From: Minisyncoccota bacterium
GTDB lineage: Bacteria; Patescibacteriota; Minisyncoccia; UBA6257; JAGOQP01
Reading direction: 5' to 3'
Assembly: GCA_041661795.1 (NCBI GenBank)
Contig: JBAZTS010000002.1
Coordinates: forward strand, 102,263-155,971
DNA: 53,709 nucleotides
Below the pieces are notes generated by a model. It searched no databases. It had not been told where the DNA came from and saw nothing but the letters and a program-made list of their open reading frames with translations. Positions within the stretch are counted from its first letter, which is position 1. Each line of letters starts with the position of its first letter. The translations under genes and the position numbers were made by a program. This document shows, piece after piece, positions 24,695 to 33,117 of the stretch.

Positions 24695-25312
24695 ATGCGA
24701 CTTTTAAAATCAAAAGAAAAAAAGGAGAGAGCTCTACAAACCAGATTGGGATTAAAAGCCCATCGTTCTTTTTCTCCAAAAAGCGCCATGGTCAGAAGAC
24801 CTAATAAACCTGGAGAACACGGAGCTAAATTTTCAAGGTCCGGTTCTGAATTCAAAATTCAGTTGATGGAGAAGCAGAAAATGAAAATATCTTACGGGCT
24901 TACCGAAAGACAGATGAAAAATATGTTCAAAGTTGTTTCCAAGAGTAAGAAATCGGCTATGGATGTAATTACCAGAGAACTTGAGATGCGACTTGATAAC
25001 GTTGTTTACAGAATGGGTTTAATTCCTTCCAGAATAATGGGCAGGCAATTTGTCGGACATGGACATTTTTTGGTTAACGGAAGAAAAGTTACTATTCCTT
25101 CGTATAAAGTACGAGTGGGAGATGTAATATCTCCAAAGGAAAATATAAAGAATCATGATTTGTTTAAGGATTTAAAAAATACTTTAAAATCACAAAGAGA
25201 AGATTGGTTCATAGTTGATTTAGATAAACTTGAAGGCAAGGTTAAATCACTTCCGGAAAAAATTGATTTTCCATTTAATATAAACTTAATAGTCGATTAT
25301 TATTCAAGATAA
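24695..25312 (+). CDS. rpsD: 30S ribosomal protein S4
   Basis: S4 domain RQFVGHGHFLVNGRKVTIPSYKVRVGDVI. Canonical operon position. Confidence 0.95.
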   Translation: MRLLKSKEKKERALQTRLGLKAHRSFSPKSAMVRRPNKPGEHGAKFSRSGSEFKIQLMEKQKMKISYGLTERQMKNMFKVVSKSKKSAMDVITRELEMRLDNVVYRMGLIPSRIMGRQFVGHGHFLVNGRKVTIPSYKVRVGDVISPKENIKNHDLFKDLKNTLKSQREDWFIVDLDKLEGKVKSLPEKIDFPFNINLIVDYYSR

Positions 25313-25317
25313 TAAAT

Positions 25318-26094
25318 ATGGAGTATACATTTTTAAGCAAAAACGTTTCTATTAAGAAAGTATCAGAAGAACAAGCATCGGGAGTTTTTGAAATTTCCGG
25401 ACTGTACACCGGATACGGAGTTACTTTAGGGAACGCTCTTAGAAGAGTGCTTCTCTCATCTTTGCCGGGAGCAGCTATAACTCAGATAAAAATAAAAGGA
25501 GTCAAACACGAATTCTCAACCATGCCTGATGTTATGGAAGATATTATAGATATAACTCTTAATATGAAAAAGGTTAGGTTTAAGTTTTTTACAGATGAAC
25601 CTCAAATTCTTTCATTAAGAAAAAAAGGTTTAGGCCCGATAACCGCAGGTGATATAAAAGTCAATTCTGAAGTTGAAGTTGTTGACCCTGATGTTCATAT
25701 CGCTACTCTTACTTCAAAAAATGCCGAGATGGATATGGAAATAGTTGTGGAAAAAGGGTTGGGATATTCTCCGGTGGAAACAAGAAAAATGGAAAAATTA
25801 TCCATAGGGTCTATTGCCATAGACGCTATTTTTACTCCTGTAGTTAATGTAAATTTTGATGTGGAAAATATGCGTGTTGGCGATAAGACCGATTTTAATA
25901 AACTTATTCTTACTATAAAAACAGATGGAACTATTAGTCCGTCAAGGGCTCTTCACAAAGCCGCTAATATTTTGAAAGATCACATTGATATAGTTTCTGG
26001 AATAGAAACGAGCGACGAATTTGAAGGAAAAGTAAAAAAAGAGTCAGCTAAAGAAACTAAAACCGAAAAGAAGACCAAGAAAACAAAAAAGTAA
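25318..26094 (+). CDS. rpoA: DNA-directed RNA polymerase alpha subunit; N-terminal domain only, plus a lysine-rich tail
   Basis: LGNALRRVLLSSLPGAAITQIKI and the rest of the alpha-NTD are present. The protein ends at 258 aa with KVKKESAKETKTEKKTKKTKK. No alpha-CTD-like segment. Confidence 0.9.
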   Translation: MEYTFLSKNVSIKKVSEEQASGVFEISGLYTGYGVTLGNALRRVLLSSLPGAAITQIKIKGVKHEFSTMPDVMEDIIDITLNMKKVRFKFFTDEPQILSLRKKGLGPITAGDIKVNSEVEVVDPDVHIATLTSKNAEMDMEIVVEKGLGYSPVETRKMEKLSIGSIAIDAIFTPVVNVNFDVENMRVGDKTDFNKLILTIKTDGTISPSRALHKAANILKDHIDIVSGIETSDEFEGKVKKESAKETKTEKKTKKTKK

Positions 26095-26097
26095 TTC

Positions 26098-26448
26098 ATG
26101 ATACATCAAAAGAAAGGAAAAAAATTTGGTAGAAAAAGAGGTCAAAGAAGAGCTTTCTTAAAAGGCCTGATTGGTAATCTTATAAAGATAGGAAAGATAA
26201 CTACTACTGAAATTAGAGCCAAAGAAACCAGGTCACAAACTGAAAAATTATTGTCTCTCGCTAAAAAACAAAATGTCGCATCTTTAAGAATCTTAATTTC
26301 AAGAATCGGTAAAACTCCGGCTCAAAAATTATTTTACGAAATAGCTCCAAAATATTTGGATAGAAAAGGTGGATATATAAGAATTATTAAGCTTTCAAAA
26401 AAGAGAAAGGGCGACGCCTCGCAAATGGCGGTAGCAGAATTCGTTTAA
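26098..26448 (+). CDS. rplQ: 50S ribosomal protein L17
   Basis: GRKRGQRRAFLKGLIGNLIKIGKITTTEIRAKE. Canonical position after rpoA. Confidence 0.93.
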   Translation: MIHQKKGKKFGRKRGQRRAFLKGLIGNLIKIGKITTTEIRAKETRSQTEKLLSLAKKQNVASLRILISRIGKTPAQKLFYEIAPKYLDRKGGYIRIIKLSKKRKGDASQMAVAEFV

Positions 26449-26449
26449 T

Positions 26450-26659
26450 ATGAGTTTATTATCTAAAATAAAACAGGTTTTGGAAGAGGAGGAGGCCTGC
26501 TCTATATCTCAAAACGGGACGCCTATTTACGCCGTTATAAAATGGGAGAAATATCAGAAGATAATTAAAGAATCCAAAGATCTGAAAATAATAAAAGAAG
26601 AGGTTGATAAAGAAAGAGCTGAAGAGGAAAATATTGACATAAATAAGATTCCTGTGTAA
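26450..26659 (+). CDS. Small acidic hypothetical protein
   Basis: 69 aa, starting 2 nt after rplQ. A weak Phd/YefM-like N-terminal pattern (TPIYAVIKWEKYQKI). Function not supported. Confidence 0.35.
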   Translation: MSLLSKIKQVLEEEEACSISQNGTPIYAVIKWEKYQKIIKESKDLKIIKEEVDKERAEEENIDINKIPV

Positions 26660-26716
26660 TATAAGTGTCGGCATTAATAAATTTTATAATTAAAATTAAA
26701 TAAAAAACAAAAAAAT

Positions 26717-27916
26717 ATGGCAGAGAAAGCAAAATTTGACAGAAGTAAGCCGCACGTTAATGTTGGAACTATTGGTCACGTTGACCACGGAAAGACCACG
26801 TTAACCGCAGCTATTACTCATATCTTAAAATTAAAAGGTTTTATTGATAAAGAAGAAGGAGTTGACCAGATTGACAACGCTCCTGAAGAAAAGGCCCGTG
26901 GTATTACCATTGCTCTTCACCACTCTGAATATCAGACCGAGAAGAGACATTATGCTCATATTGATGCTCCTGGACACGCTGACTACATCAAGAACATGAT
27001 TACTGGAGCCGCTCAGATGGATGGAGCCATCTTGGTTGTGGCTGCAACTGATGGTCCTATGCCTCAAACCAGAGAGCACATTCTTTTGGCAAGACAGGTA
27101 GGAGTTCCAAAAATTATTGTTTTTCTTAACAAAGTTGATATGGTCTCTGACCCAGAACTTATTGATTTGGTTGAATCAGAAATCAGAGAGCTTCTTAAAA
27201 AGTATGAATTTCCTGGAGATGAAACTCCAATAATTAGAGGTTCAGCTCTAAAGGCATTGGAAACAACTTCAGGCGACAGCGAAGAAGCCAAACCTATTTT
27301 AGAATTAGTTAAGGCCTTGGATGAATACATCCCAGAACCAGTTAGGGAAACGGACAAACCATTCCTTATGCCTATTGAAGATATTTTCTCAATTGAAGGA
27401 AGAGGAACTGTGGTTACTGGAAAAATTGACAGAGGAATTGTTAAAGTTAACGAAGAAATTGAAATTGTCGGACTTAGACCAACCCAAAAAACGGTTGTTA
27501 CCGGAATTGAAATGTTCAATAAATTATTGGACGAAGGTCAAGCTGGAGACAATGTCGGAATTCTTTTGAGAGGTCTTAAAAAGGAAGATGTTGAAAGGGG
27601 ACAGGTTATCGCTAAACCCGGAAGCATTACTCCTCATACCGATTTTGAAGCCGAAGTGCTTATTTTGACCAAAGAAGAAGGTGGAAGACACACTCCATTC
27701 TTTAAAGGATATAAACCGCAGTTCTATATTAGAACCACGGATGTTACCGGAGAGGTGATTTTGCCCGAAGGAACCGAAATGGTTATGCCTGGAGACACAA
27801 TTACATTAAAAGCCCAACTTATCGCTCCTGTAGCTTTGGAAGAAAAAATGAAATTTGCTATTAGAGAGGGAGGAAAAACGGTTGGAGCCGGAGTTGTCAC
27901 TAAGATAATAAAATAA
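26717..27916 (+). CDS. tuf: Elongation factor Tu
   Basis: [18 protein letters not shown] and the full EF-Tu body. Confidence 0.97.
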   Translation: MAEKAKFDRSKPHVNVGTIGHVDHGKTTLTAAITHILKLKGFIDKEEGVDQIDNAPEEKARGITIALHHSEYQTEKRHYAHIDAPGHADYIKNMITGAAQMDGAILVVAATDGPMPQTREHILLARQVGVPKIIVFLNKVDMVSDPELIDLVESEIRELLKKYEFPGDETPIIRGSALKALETTSGDSEEAKPILELVKALDEYIPEPVRETDKPFLMPIEDIFSIEGRGTVVTGKIDRGIVKVNEEIEIVGLRPTQKTVVTGIEMFNKLLDEGQAGDNVGILLRGLKKEDVERGQVIAKPGSITPHTDFEAEVLILTKEEGGRHTPFFKGYKPQFYIRTTDVTGEVILPEGTEMVMPGDTITLKAQLIAPVALEEKMKFAIREGGKTVGAGVVTKIIK

Positions 27917-27934
27917 AGTTTTTATCGCACTCTT

Positions 27935-28264
27935 ATGCCTAAAAAGGACGTTGAAAACAAAAGTAGAATACGACTAAAAATAAAATCATACGACCATCGT
28001 TTGATTGATACTTCAACCAAACAGATAATTGATACCGCTCAAAGAAACGGAGCCCAAGTAATTGGTCCGATTCCTTTACCGACGGAAATCAGGAAGTATA
28101 CCGTCAATCGTTCAACTTTTGTTCATAAAAATTCCAGAGAACAGTTTGAAATGAGAGTCCATAAACGTCTGATAGAAATATTAGACCCCGGGCAAAAGAT
28201 TGTAGAATCACTTTCCAGTTTGTCATTACCTTCGGGAGTGGAAGTGGAAATAAAAATGATTTAA
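27935..28264 (+). CDS. rpsJ: 30S ribosomal protein S10
   Basis: RIRLKIKSYDHRLIDTSTKQIIDTAQRNGAQVIGPIPLPT. Confidence 0.95.
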   Translation: MPKKDVENKSRIRLKIKSYDHRLIDTSTKQIIDTAQRNGAQVIGPIPLPTEIRKYTVNRSTFVHKNSREQFEMRVHKRLIEILDPGQKIVESLSSLSLPSGVEVEIKMI

Positions 28265-28266
28265 AT

Positions 28267-28298
28267 AAAACCCCTCCGGCTCAAATCGGAGGGGTTTT
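28267..28298 (+). terminator. Intrinsic terminator directly after rpsJ
   Basis: AAAA CCCCTCCG GCTCAAAT CGGAGGGG TTTT. Confidence 0.65.
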
Positions 28299-28301
28299 AA
28301 C

Positions 28302-29282
28302 TTGATGAATATAATAACCCAAGATCCTCTTAATGTATTAAAATCTACAAAAGCTGTGCTTGAAAAAGCTCAGTTTGTTTCGATTAACCAGGATAATATA
28401 CAAACGATAGCTAATCAGCTTTTGGAAGATTGTGAAGAAAAATTAAATAGCATGAAGAAGGATTTTCATTTAGCGGGAAATCTTGAGGATAATTTACAAT
28501 TAGTTTTTATTGAAGACGTGGTAAATTTCTGTTTTTGGGCAGACAAAGATAAATTTAAATGGCAAACGGAATGGCCTAGTGGGAATATTATATTCGGAGG
28601 ATGGTACTCTCTAAAAAGTTGTTTTGAGCGGGCATTACATAATAAAGTTCCTATTTTGGATGCCAATTATTTGTCGTCCATATCATCAGAAGATGCCAAG
28701 AACTTTTTTAAGGGCGTAGACGATACCCAGATTCCTCTTCTTGAAAATAGAACAGATAATTTAAGAGAAGCTGGGAAAATATTACTTAGTGAATTTAACG
28801 GAAAATTCGTTAATGTTTTAGAAGCTTCCGAATTTGACGCCATTAAGCTTGTTCAACTAATAATCAAATACTTCCCATCATTTAGAGACATCTCGGTTAT
28901 TGAAGGGAATGAAGTTTTTTTCTTAAAAAGGGCTCAGATATGTGCTTGTGATGTTTCTTATTTGTTGAAAAAAGATAAGTTATCCAATTTTCCTCTGTTA
29001 ACGGCATTTGCCGATTATAAATTGCCTCAGATTTTGAGAATGTTTGATATTATAGAATATAGTGATGATTTGGCTAAAAAGATAGATAACATGGAAGAAA
29101 TACCTCATGACAGTCGTGAAGAAATAGAAATAAGATCTGCTACTATTTGGGCGGTTGAATTAATACGTCAAAAAATTGGCAAAATGCCAACGAGTAATAT
29201 TGACAACCTCCTATGGTTAATGAGTCAAAAGATTCAAGATAAAGCAAAACCGTATCATAGGACAAGAACTATATATTATTAA
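28302..29282 (+). CDS. Queuosine salvage protein (DUF2419 / QNG1-like queuosine 5'-phosphate N-glycosylase family)
   Basis: FCFW, FFLKRAQICACDV, LTAFADYKLPQILRMFDIIEYS and SREEIEIRSATIWAVE match recalled DUF2419 conservation. An alternative ATG start lies at 28305. Confidence 0.7.
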   Translation: MMNIITQDPLNVLKSTKAVLEKAQFVSINQDNIQTIANQLLEDCEEKLNSMKKDFHLAGNLEDNLQLVFIEDVVNFCFWADKDKFKWQTEWPSGNIIFGGWYSLKSCFERALHNKVPILDANYLSSISSEDAKNFFKGVDDTQIPLLENRTDNLREAGKILLSEFNGKFVNVLEASEFDAIKLVQLIIKYFPSFRDISVIEGNEVFFLKRAQICACDVSYLLKKDKLSNFPLLTAFADYKLPQILRMFDIIEYSDDLAKKIDNMEEIPHDSREEIEIRSATIWAVELIRQKIGKMPTSNIDNLLWLMSQKIQDKAKPYHRTRTIYY

Positions 29283-29292
29283 TAAAATTTCA

Positions 29293-29320
29293 AAGGGCTC
29301 CTTGCGGGAGCCCTTGTTTG
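29293..29320. terminator. Bidirectional terminator between the queuosine-salvage gene and the GC-rich operon
   Basis: AAGGGCTCC (29293-29301) pairs with GGAGCCCTT (29307-29315). T-rich sequence follows on both strands. Confidence 0.6.
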
Positions 29321-29348
29321 TGGGGTGCGGAATGGTGTGTTCAATTAC

Positions 29349-29612
29349 TTACTTCTCGTGGAGGCGGCCATGAAACCACCAACGCAGAGAAAAATATGTT
29401 CTCACAAACTCCGGAATGACAAACCGAAGTCCGCAGATTGCGCAGTGGATGGCATTGTGGGCTTTAGAGATCCGGTGGATCTCTATCTGTCCACCGCAGA
29501 TGCCGTGTTTGCCGATCGCTCCTGAAGGCGGAAGAAGGTTCTCGTCCTTCACCTTACTTCCGGATAACTCATCAAGCGTTCCTTCCTCTGGACTGAAAAC
29601 TATAGGTCTCAC
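29349..29612 (-). CDS. Hypothetical zinc-ribbon-like protein (third gene of the GC-rich operon)
   Basis: GTG start preceded by AAGGAGAA. KHGICGG-x16-HCAICG resembles a YgiT/MqsA-type zinc ribbon. GC-rich codon usage. Confidence 0.5.
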   Translation of the reverse strand: MRPIVFSPEEGTLDELSGSKVKDENLLPPSGAIGKHGICGGQIEIHRISKAHNAIHCAICGLRFVIPEFVRTYFSLRWWFHGRLHEK

Positions 29613-29626
29613 GGTTTCTCCTTTTT

Positions 29627-29857
29627 TTAGTTGTCACCGAGGTAGACATTGCGTACGGCGAACAGGGACGGGTCGCAGATGAGCCCCAATCTTTTTCTCA
29701 AAAAGAGGATAAAGTTGATAGCTTGTTCCTTTCTGCAACCAACGGCTTGAAGATGTCTGTGATACTTGTCTCTGGCCCAGAACATCGGGGGATCATCTGG
29801 ACTTCCCCCGAGAAGGCCGACGTCGATGGTCATCGGGTCTTCGCTGGTCAAAATCAT
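29627..29857 (-). CDS. Hypothetical protein (second gene of the GC-rich operon)
   Basis: ATG preceded by AAGGAGGGAG. 76 aa. No family recognised. Confidence 0.5.
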   Translation of the reverse strand: MILTSEDPMTIDVGLLGGSPDDPPMFWARDKYHRHLQAVGCRKEQAINFILFLRKRLGLICDPSLFAVRNVYLGDN

Positions 29858-29874
29858 AGCTCCCTCCTTTGAAG

Positions 29875-30102
29875 TTAAGCGTTGTTGGCCTTACTGTAAG
29901 ATAGCGCCTTCTTACTGAAGGTTACCTTACAGTATCTCGAGTTTATGTTGTACTTCTTAAGAAGAAGAACAAGGGCCTCTTCTCCAGTTGAGCCGAATTC
30001 CACTGTTTCGGGAGATGATTGGAGACGGGCGAAAAATGACCCATTTCCTCCAATCTCCTCTGGTGAAAAATACCCGACTTGGATTGTTATTATTTCCGGC
30101 AT
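29875..30102 (-). CDS. HicB/DUF1902-like small protein (first gene of the GC-rich operon)
   Basis: ATG preceded by AAAGGAGAGG. IITIQVGYFSPEEIGGNGSFFARLQSSPETVEFGSTGEEALVLL resembles the HicB-N / UPF0150 antitoxin-like fold pattern. Confidence 0.5.
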   Translation of the reverse strand: MPEIITIQVGYFSPEEIGGNGSFFARLQSSPETVEFGSTGEEALVLLLKKYNINSRYCKVTFSKKALSYSKANNA

Positions 30103-30122
30103 GTCCTCTCCTTTCTTTTTTT

Positions 30123-30151
30123 AAACTACAATATAATGGTATATTTGTCAA
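30123..30151 (-). promoter_or_regulatory. Putative promoter of the GC-rich minus-strand operon
   Basis: On the minus strand: TTGACA (30151-30146), 17-nt spacer, TAGTTT (30128-30123). About 20 nt upstream of the SD/ATG at 30102. Confidence 0.5.
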
Positions 30152-30195
30152 AGGGTTATACTAATCGGAAAGAAGAAGAGAGTAGGCCAATTCTA

Positions 30196-30224
30196 TTGAC
30201 AGTAAGCCGTCTTTTTGCTAAATT
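30196..30224 (+). promoter_or_regulatory. Putative promoter of the rplC-led ribosomal operon
   Basis: TTGACA (30196-30201), 17-nt spacer, TAAATT (30219-30224). Confidence 0.5.
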
Positions 30225-30260
30225 TAACTTACCCTTTAAAAACCAAAGAGTTGTAAAAAG

Positions 30261-30292
30261 GGCCAAGGACATTGTCTTTGGGCCGATTTTTA
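30261..30292 (+). promoter_or_regulatory. Terminator-like hairpin in the rplC leader (possible attenuator)
   Basis: GGCCAAGGAC ATT GTCTTTGGGCC (one bulged G), followed by GATTTTTATT. Lies 16 nt upstream of the rplC ATG. Confidence 0.4.
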
Positions 30293-30307
30293 TTGAAGTG
30301 CAAAAAT

Positions 30308-30913
30308 ATGTTTCTAATAGGAAAAAAAGTTAATATGGACCAAGTTTGGGAAGGAAGCAAAGTTATACCGGTTACCGTAATTGAAGCCGGTCCTGTTGTT
30401 ATTACCCAAGTCAAAGGAAAAGAAAAAGATGGTTACGATGCATTTCAATTGGGTTATGACACTTCCATTAAAAAAATAACCAAACCAATGGCCGGACATT
30501 TAAAGGAATTGGGAAAATTCAGGCACATAAAAGAATTTAAAAAGAAATCAAAGGAACAGAATTACAACGTCGGTGACACCATTGACGTTTCTGTTTTTTC
30601 TAAAGGAGATAAATTAACAATTGTCGGATATGAAAAAGGAAGAGGATTCCAAGGTGTTGTTAAAAGGCACGGATTTCACGGAGGACCAAAAACTCATGGA
30701 CAAAAAAATCGTCTAAGAGCCGGAGGATCATTGGGAGCTACCGCTCCACAAAGAGTTATCAAGGGAAGAAAGATGGCCGGAAGAATGGGAGTGGAAAGAG
30801 TTACTTTAAAAAATGTTTTGGTTGTAGGTGTTGATAAAGAAAAAAACCAATTAATCATAAAGGGTCCGGTTCCCGGAAATAAAAAATCAATTATTTTAAT
30901 AGAAAAGCAATAA
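30308..30913 (+). CDS. rplC: 50S ribosomal protein L3
   Basis: MFLIGKKVNMDQVWEGSKVIPVTVIEAGP matches the canonical L3 N-terminus. I chose the ATG at 30308 rather than the ORF-track start at 30272. Confidence 0.93.
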   Translation: MFLIGKKVNMDQVWEGSKVIPVTVIEAGPVVITQVKGKEKDGYDAFQLGYDTSIKKITKPMAGHLKELGKFRHIKEFKKKSKEQNYNVGDTIDVSVFSKGDKLTIVGYEKGRGFQGVVKRHGFHGGPKTHGQKNRLRAGGSLGATAPQRVIKGRKMAGRMGVERVTLKNVLVVGVDKEKNQLIIKGPVPGNKKSIILIEKQ

Positions 30914-30920
30914 TTCAATT

Positions 30921-31559
30921 ATGAAAGTTTCTGTTTATAACATAGATAAAAAGGAAGTTGGAAATCTGGAAGTACCCCAGAAACTTTTTGATTCCAAGTG
31001 GAATCCGGAATTAGTTGCTCAAGCCGTTGAAGCGCAAAGAGCCAATAACAGGGAAAGAATTGCTTATGCCAAGGGTAGAGGCGAAGTCAGAGGAGGAGGA
31101 AAAAAACCATGGAAACAAAAGGGAACCGGAAGAGCTAGGCATGGTTCCATTAGGTCTCCGTTATGGATAGGTGGAGGAGTTACTCACGGACCAACCAAAG
31201 AAAAGAGATATGACAAAAAAATTCCTCAAAAAATGAAGCAGGGAGCCATATTTTCCGGACTTTCTAAAAAATATTCTGAAAATAACGTGATGGTTTTTGA
31301 TTCATTAGTTATAAATAAACCGTTAAAAACCAAAGAAGCCAGAAATATGATGGTAAAAATATTAGAACCAAAGGAAAGTGCCATCGTTATTCTTTCTTCA
31401 AGTCAAAAGAGCCAGCAAAGAGCTTTTAGAAATATACCCAAAGTAAACAGTTTATCGCCTTTGTCGCTTAATATTTACGATATTTTAAAATCAAAGAAGA
31501 TAATAATAGAAAAAGAAGCGGTAGAAGAAATAATTAAACACTATAAATTGTCAAAATAA
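30921..31559 (+). CDS. rplD: 50S ribosomal protein L4
   Basis: GGGKKPWKQKGTGRARHGSIRSPLWIGGGVTHGP. Confidence 0.95.
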   Translation: MKVSVYNIDKKEVGNLEVPQKLFDSKWNPELVAQAVEAQRANNRERIAYAKGRGEVRGGGKKPWKQKGTGRARHGSIRSPLWIGGGVTHGPTKEKRYDKKIPQKMKQGAIFSGLSKKYSENNVMVFDSLVINKPLKTKEARNMMVKILEPKESAIVILSSSQKSQQRAFRNIPKVNSLSPLSLNIYDILKSKKIIIEKEAVEEIIKHYKLSK

Positions 31560-31561
31560 TC

Positions 31562-31933
31562 ATGAGTTTGTTTAAAAAAACAACTAAAAAACAAGAGGTT
31601 AAAAAGAGTAACGATAATATTGCTCCGGTTAAAAACACCGTTCATCAATATCATCAACATTTTATAATAAAACAACCCTTGGTTACCGAAAGGACTCTTC
31701 TTTTAGGAGAAAAAAATCAATATGTTTTTTTAATTGATAATTTAGCCAGTAAATCAGAAGCTAAAAAACAGATAGAGAAAATGTATTCAGTTAATATAAT
31801 AAAAATTAATTCTCTAAATCAAGCCAAAAAGCCAACAGGATATAGAGGAGTTAAGAACGAAAAAAAGAGATTCAAAAAAGTTATAGCGACATTAAAACCG
31901 GGACAAAAAATAGAAATAACAGGAAACAAGTAA
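31562..31933 (+). CDS. rplW: 50S ribosomal protein L23 (with N-terminal extension)
   Basis: IKQPLVTERTLLL...YVFLIDNLASKSEAKKQIEKMYSVNI. Canonical position. Confidence 0.9.
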   Translation: MSLFKKTTKKQEVKKSNDNIAPVKNTVHQYHQHFIIKQPLVTERTLLLGEKNQYVFLIDNLASKSEAKKQIEKMYSVNIIKINSLNQAKKPTGYRGVKNEKKRFKKVIATLKPGQKIEITGNK

Positions 31934-31937
31934 TAAT

Positions 31938-32774
31938 ATGAAATCCTATAATCCAACAACTCCATCAAGAAGACACATGACATCGGTTGGCAGCCATTTG
32001 GTTTCTCGTGGAAAACCTTTAAAATCGCTCACAAAAAGAGTGAGAGAAGATTCAGGAAGGAATAACCAGGGAAGAATTACCACCCGTCATCAAGGAGGAG
32101 GAAGTAAAAAACTTTACAGAATGGTTGATTTTAGACAGAATATAATGGACATACCTTCAAAAGTGGAACGCATAGAGTACGACCCATATAGAAACGCATT
32201 TATAGCCAGAATTATTTATCAGAATGGTAAAAGATCTTATATACTGGCTTATAGTTCCGCCAAGGAAGGGGATTTAATTGTTTGTTCTCAAAAAGCTCCC
32301 GTAAAGGATGGGAACAGAATGATGTTAAAAAATATTCCGGTGGGATACATGGTTCATAATATAGAAATAAATCCTGGCAAAGGAGGACAGGTAGCCAAGT
32401 CCGCCGGGTCTTACGCTGAAGTAGTGGCTAACGACGAAAATTACACAACTTTGAAAATGCCCTCAAGTGAAAGAAGAAAAGTTCTTTGGGATTGTTTTGC
32501 TTCCATAGGACAGGTTTCTAATCCTGATTATTCATTGATGACCATAGGAAAAGCCGGAAGATCAAGATGGCTTGGAGTTCGCCCCACAGTCAGAGGATCT
32601 GCCATGAACCCGGTTGACCATCCTTATGGAGGAGGAGAAGGAAGACAAAAAAGAGGAACCAGGAAACCAAAAACTCTTTGGGGTAAAGTTACTGGAGGAA
32701 GAAAGACAAGAAACAGGAAAAAGTGGTCAAACAAATTAATAGTATCAAGAAGAATTAAAAAGAATAAGAAATAA
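31938..32774 (+). CDS. rplB: 50S ribosomal protein L2
   Basis: [34 protein letters not shown]. Confidence 0.96.
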   Translation: MKSYNPTTPSRRHMTSVGSHLVSRGKPLKSLTKRVREDSGRNNQGRITTRHQGGGSKKLYRMVDFRQNIMDIPSKVERIEYDPYRNAFIARIIYQNGKRSYILAYSSAKEGDLIVCSQKAPVKDGNRMMLKNIPVGYMVHNIEINPGKGGQVAKSAGSYAEVVANDENYTTLKMPSSERRKVLWDCFASIGQVSNPDYSLMTIGKAGRSRWLGVRPTVRGSAMNPVDHPYGGGEGRQKRGTRKPKTLWGKVTGGRKTRNRKKWSNKLIVSRRIKKNKK

Positions 32775-32781
32775 TAAAACC

Positions 32782-33111
32782 ATGTCTAGGAGTTCAAAAA
32801 AGGGTCCATACATATACCCAAAACTACTGAAAAAGATGTCCAAACAGAAAGCGGAAGATGGCTCTATTAAGACATGGGCGAGAAATTCCAGTATTTCTCC
32901 TGAAATGGTTGGTTATGTTTTTTCCGTCCACAATGGAAAGAATTTTATAGAAGTTAGGGTTACAGAAGAAATGATAGGTCACAAGTTAGGAGAATTTTCT
33001 CCTACCAGGAAATTTGTTAAGCATGGAGGAAAAATGCAAAGAGATATAGAGAAAGGAGGAACTGCTCCCACGGCTTCAACAGCCCCAGTAACTCCGGCAG
33101 CTAAAAAATAA
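32782..33111 (+). CDS. rpsS: 30S ribosomal protein S19
   Basis: [10 protein letters not shown]...[30 protein letters not shown]. Confidence 0.95.
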   Translation: MSRSSKKGPYIYPKLLKKMSKQKAEDGSIKTWARNSSISPEMVGYVFSVHNGKNFIEVRVTEEMIGHKLGEFSPTRKFVKHGGKMQRDIEKGGTAPTASTAPVTPAAKK

Positions 33112-33117
33112 ATAAAA

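Noticed and set aside
26450-26659. The 69-aa ORF between rplQ and tuf as a Phd/YefM antitoxin.
   Set aside because: The resemblance is only vague and confined to the N-terminus. There is no adjacent toxin gene. I kept it as a hypothetical CDS only.
27064-27519. Long antisense ORFs inside highly conserved genes. Examples: 27064-27519 in tuf, 40436-40915 in adk, 35321-35731 in rplN/rplX, 33423-33991 in rplV/rpsC, 44513-44818 in lysS.
   Set aside because: They are mirror-frame artefacts opposite well-supported conserved genes. Their composition is low-complexity and no independent signals support them.
29325-29682. Plus-strand ORFs 29325-29525 and 29416-29682 inside the GC-rich block.
   Set aside because: They overlap each other, lack ribosome-binding sites and lie antisense to three tightly packed minus-strand ORFs. 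Each of those three has a strong SD, and they share a promoter and a terminator.
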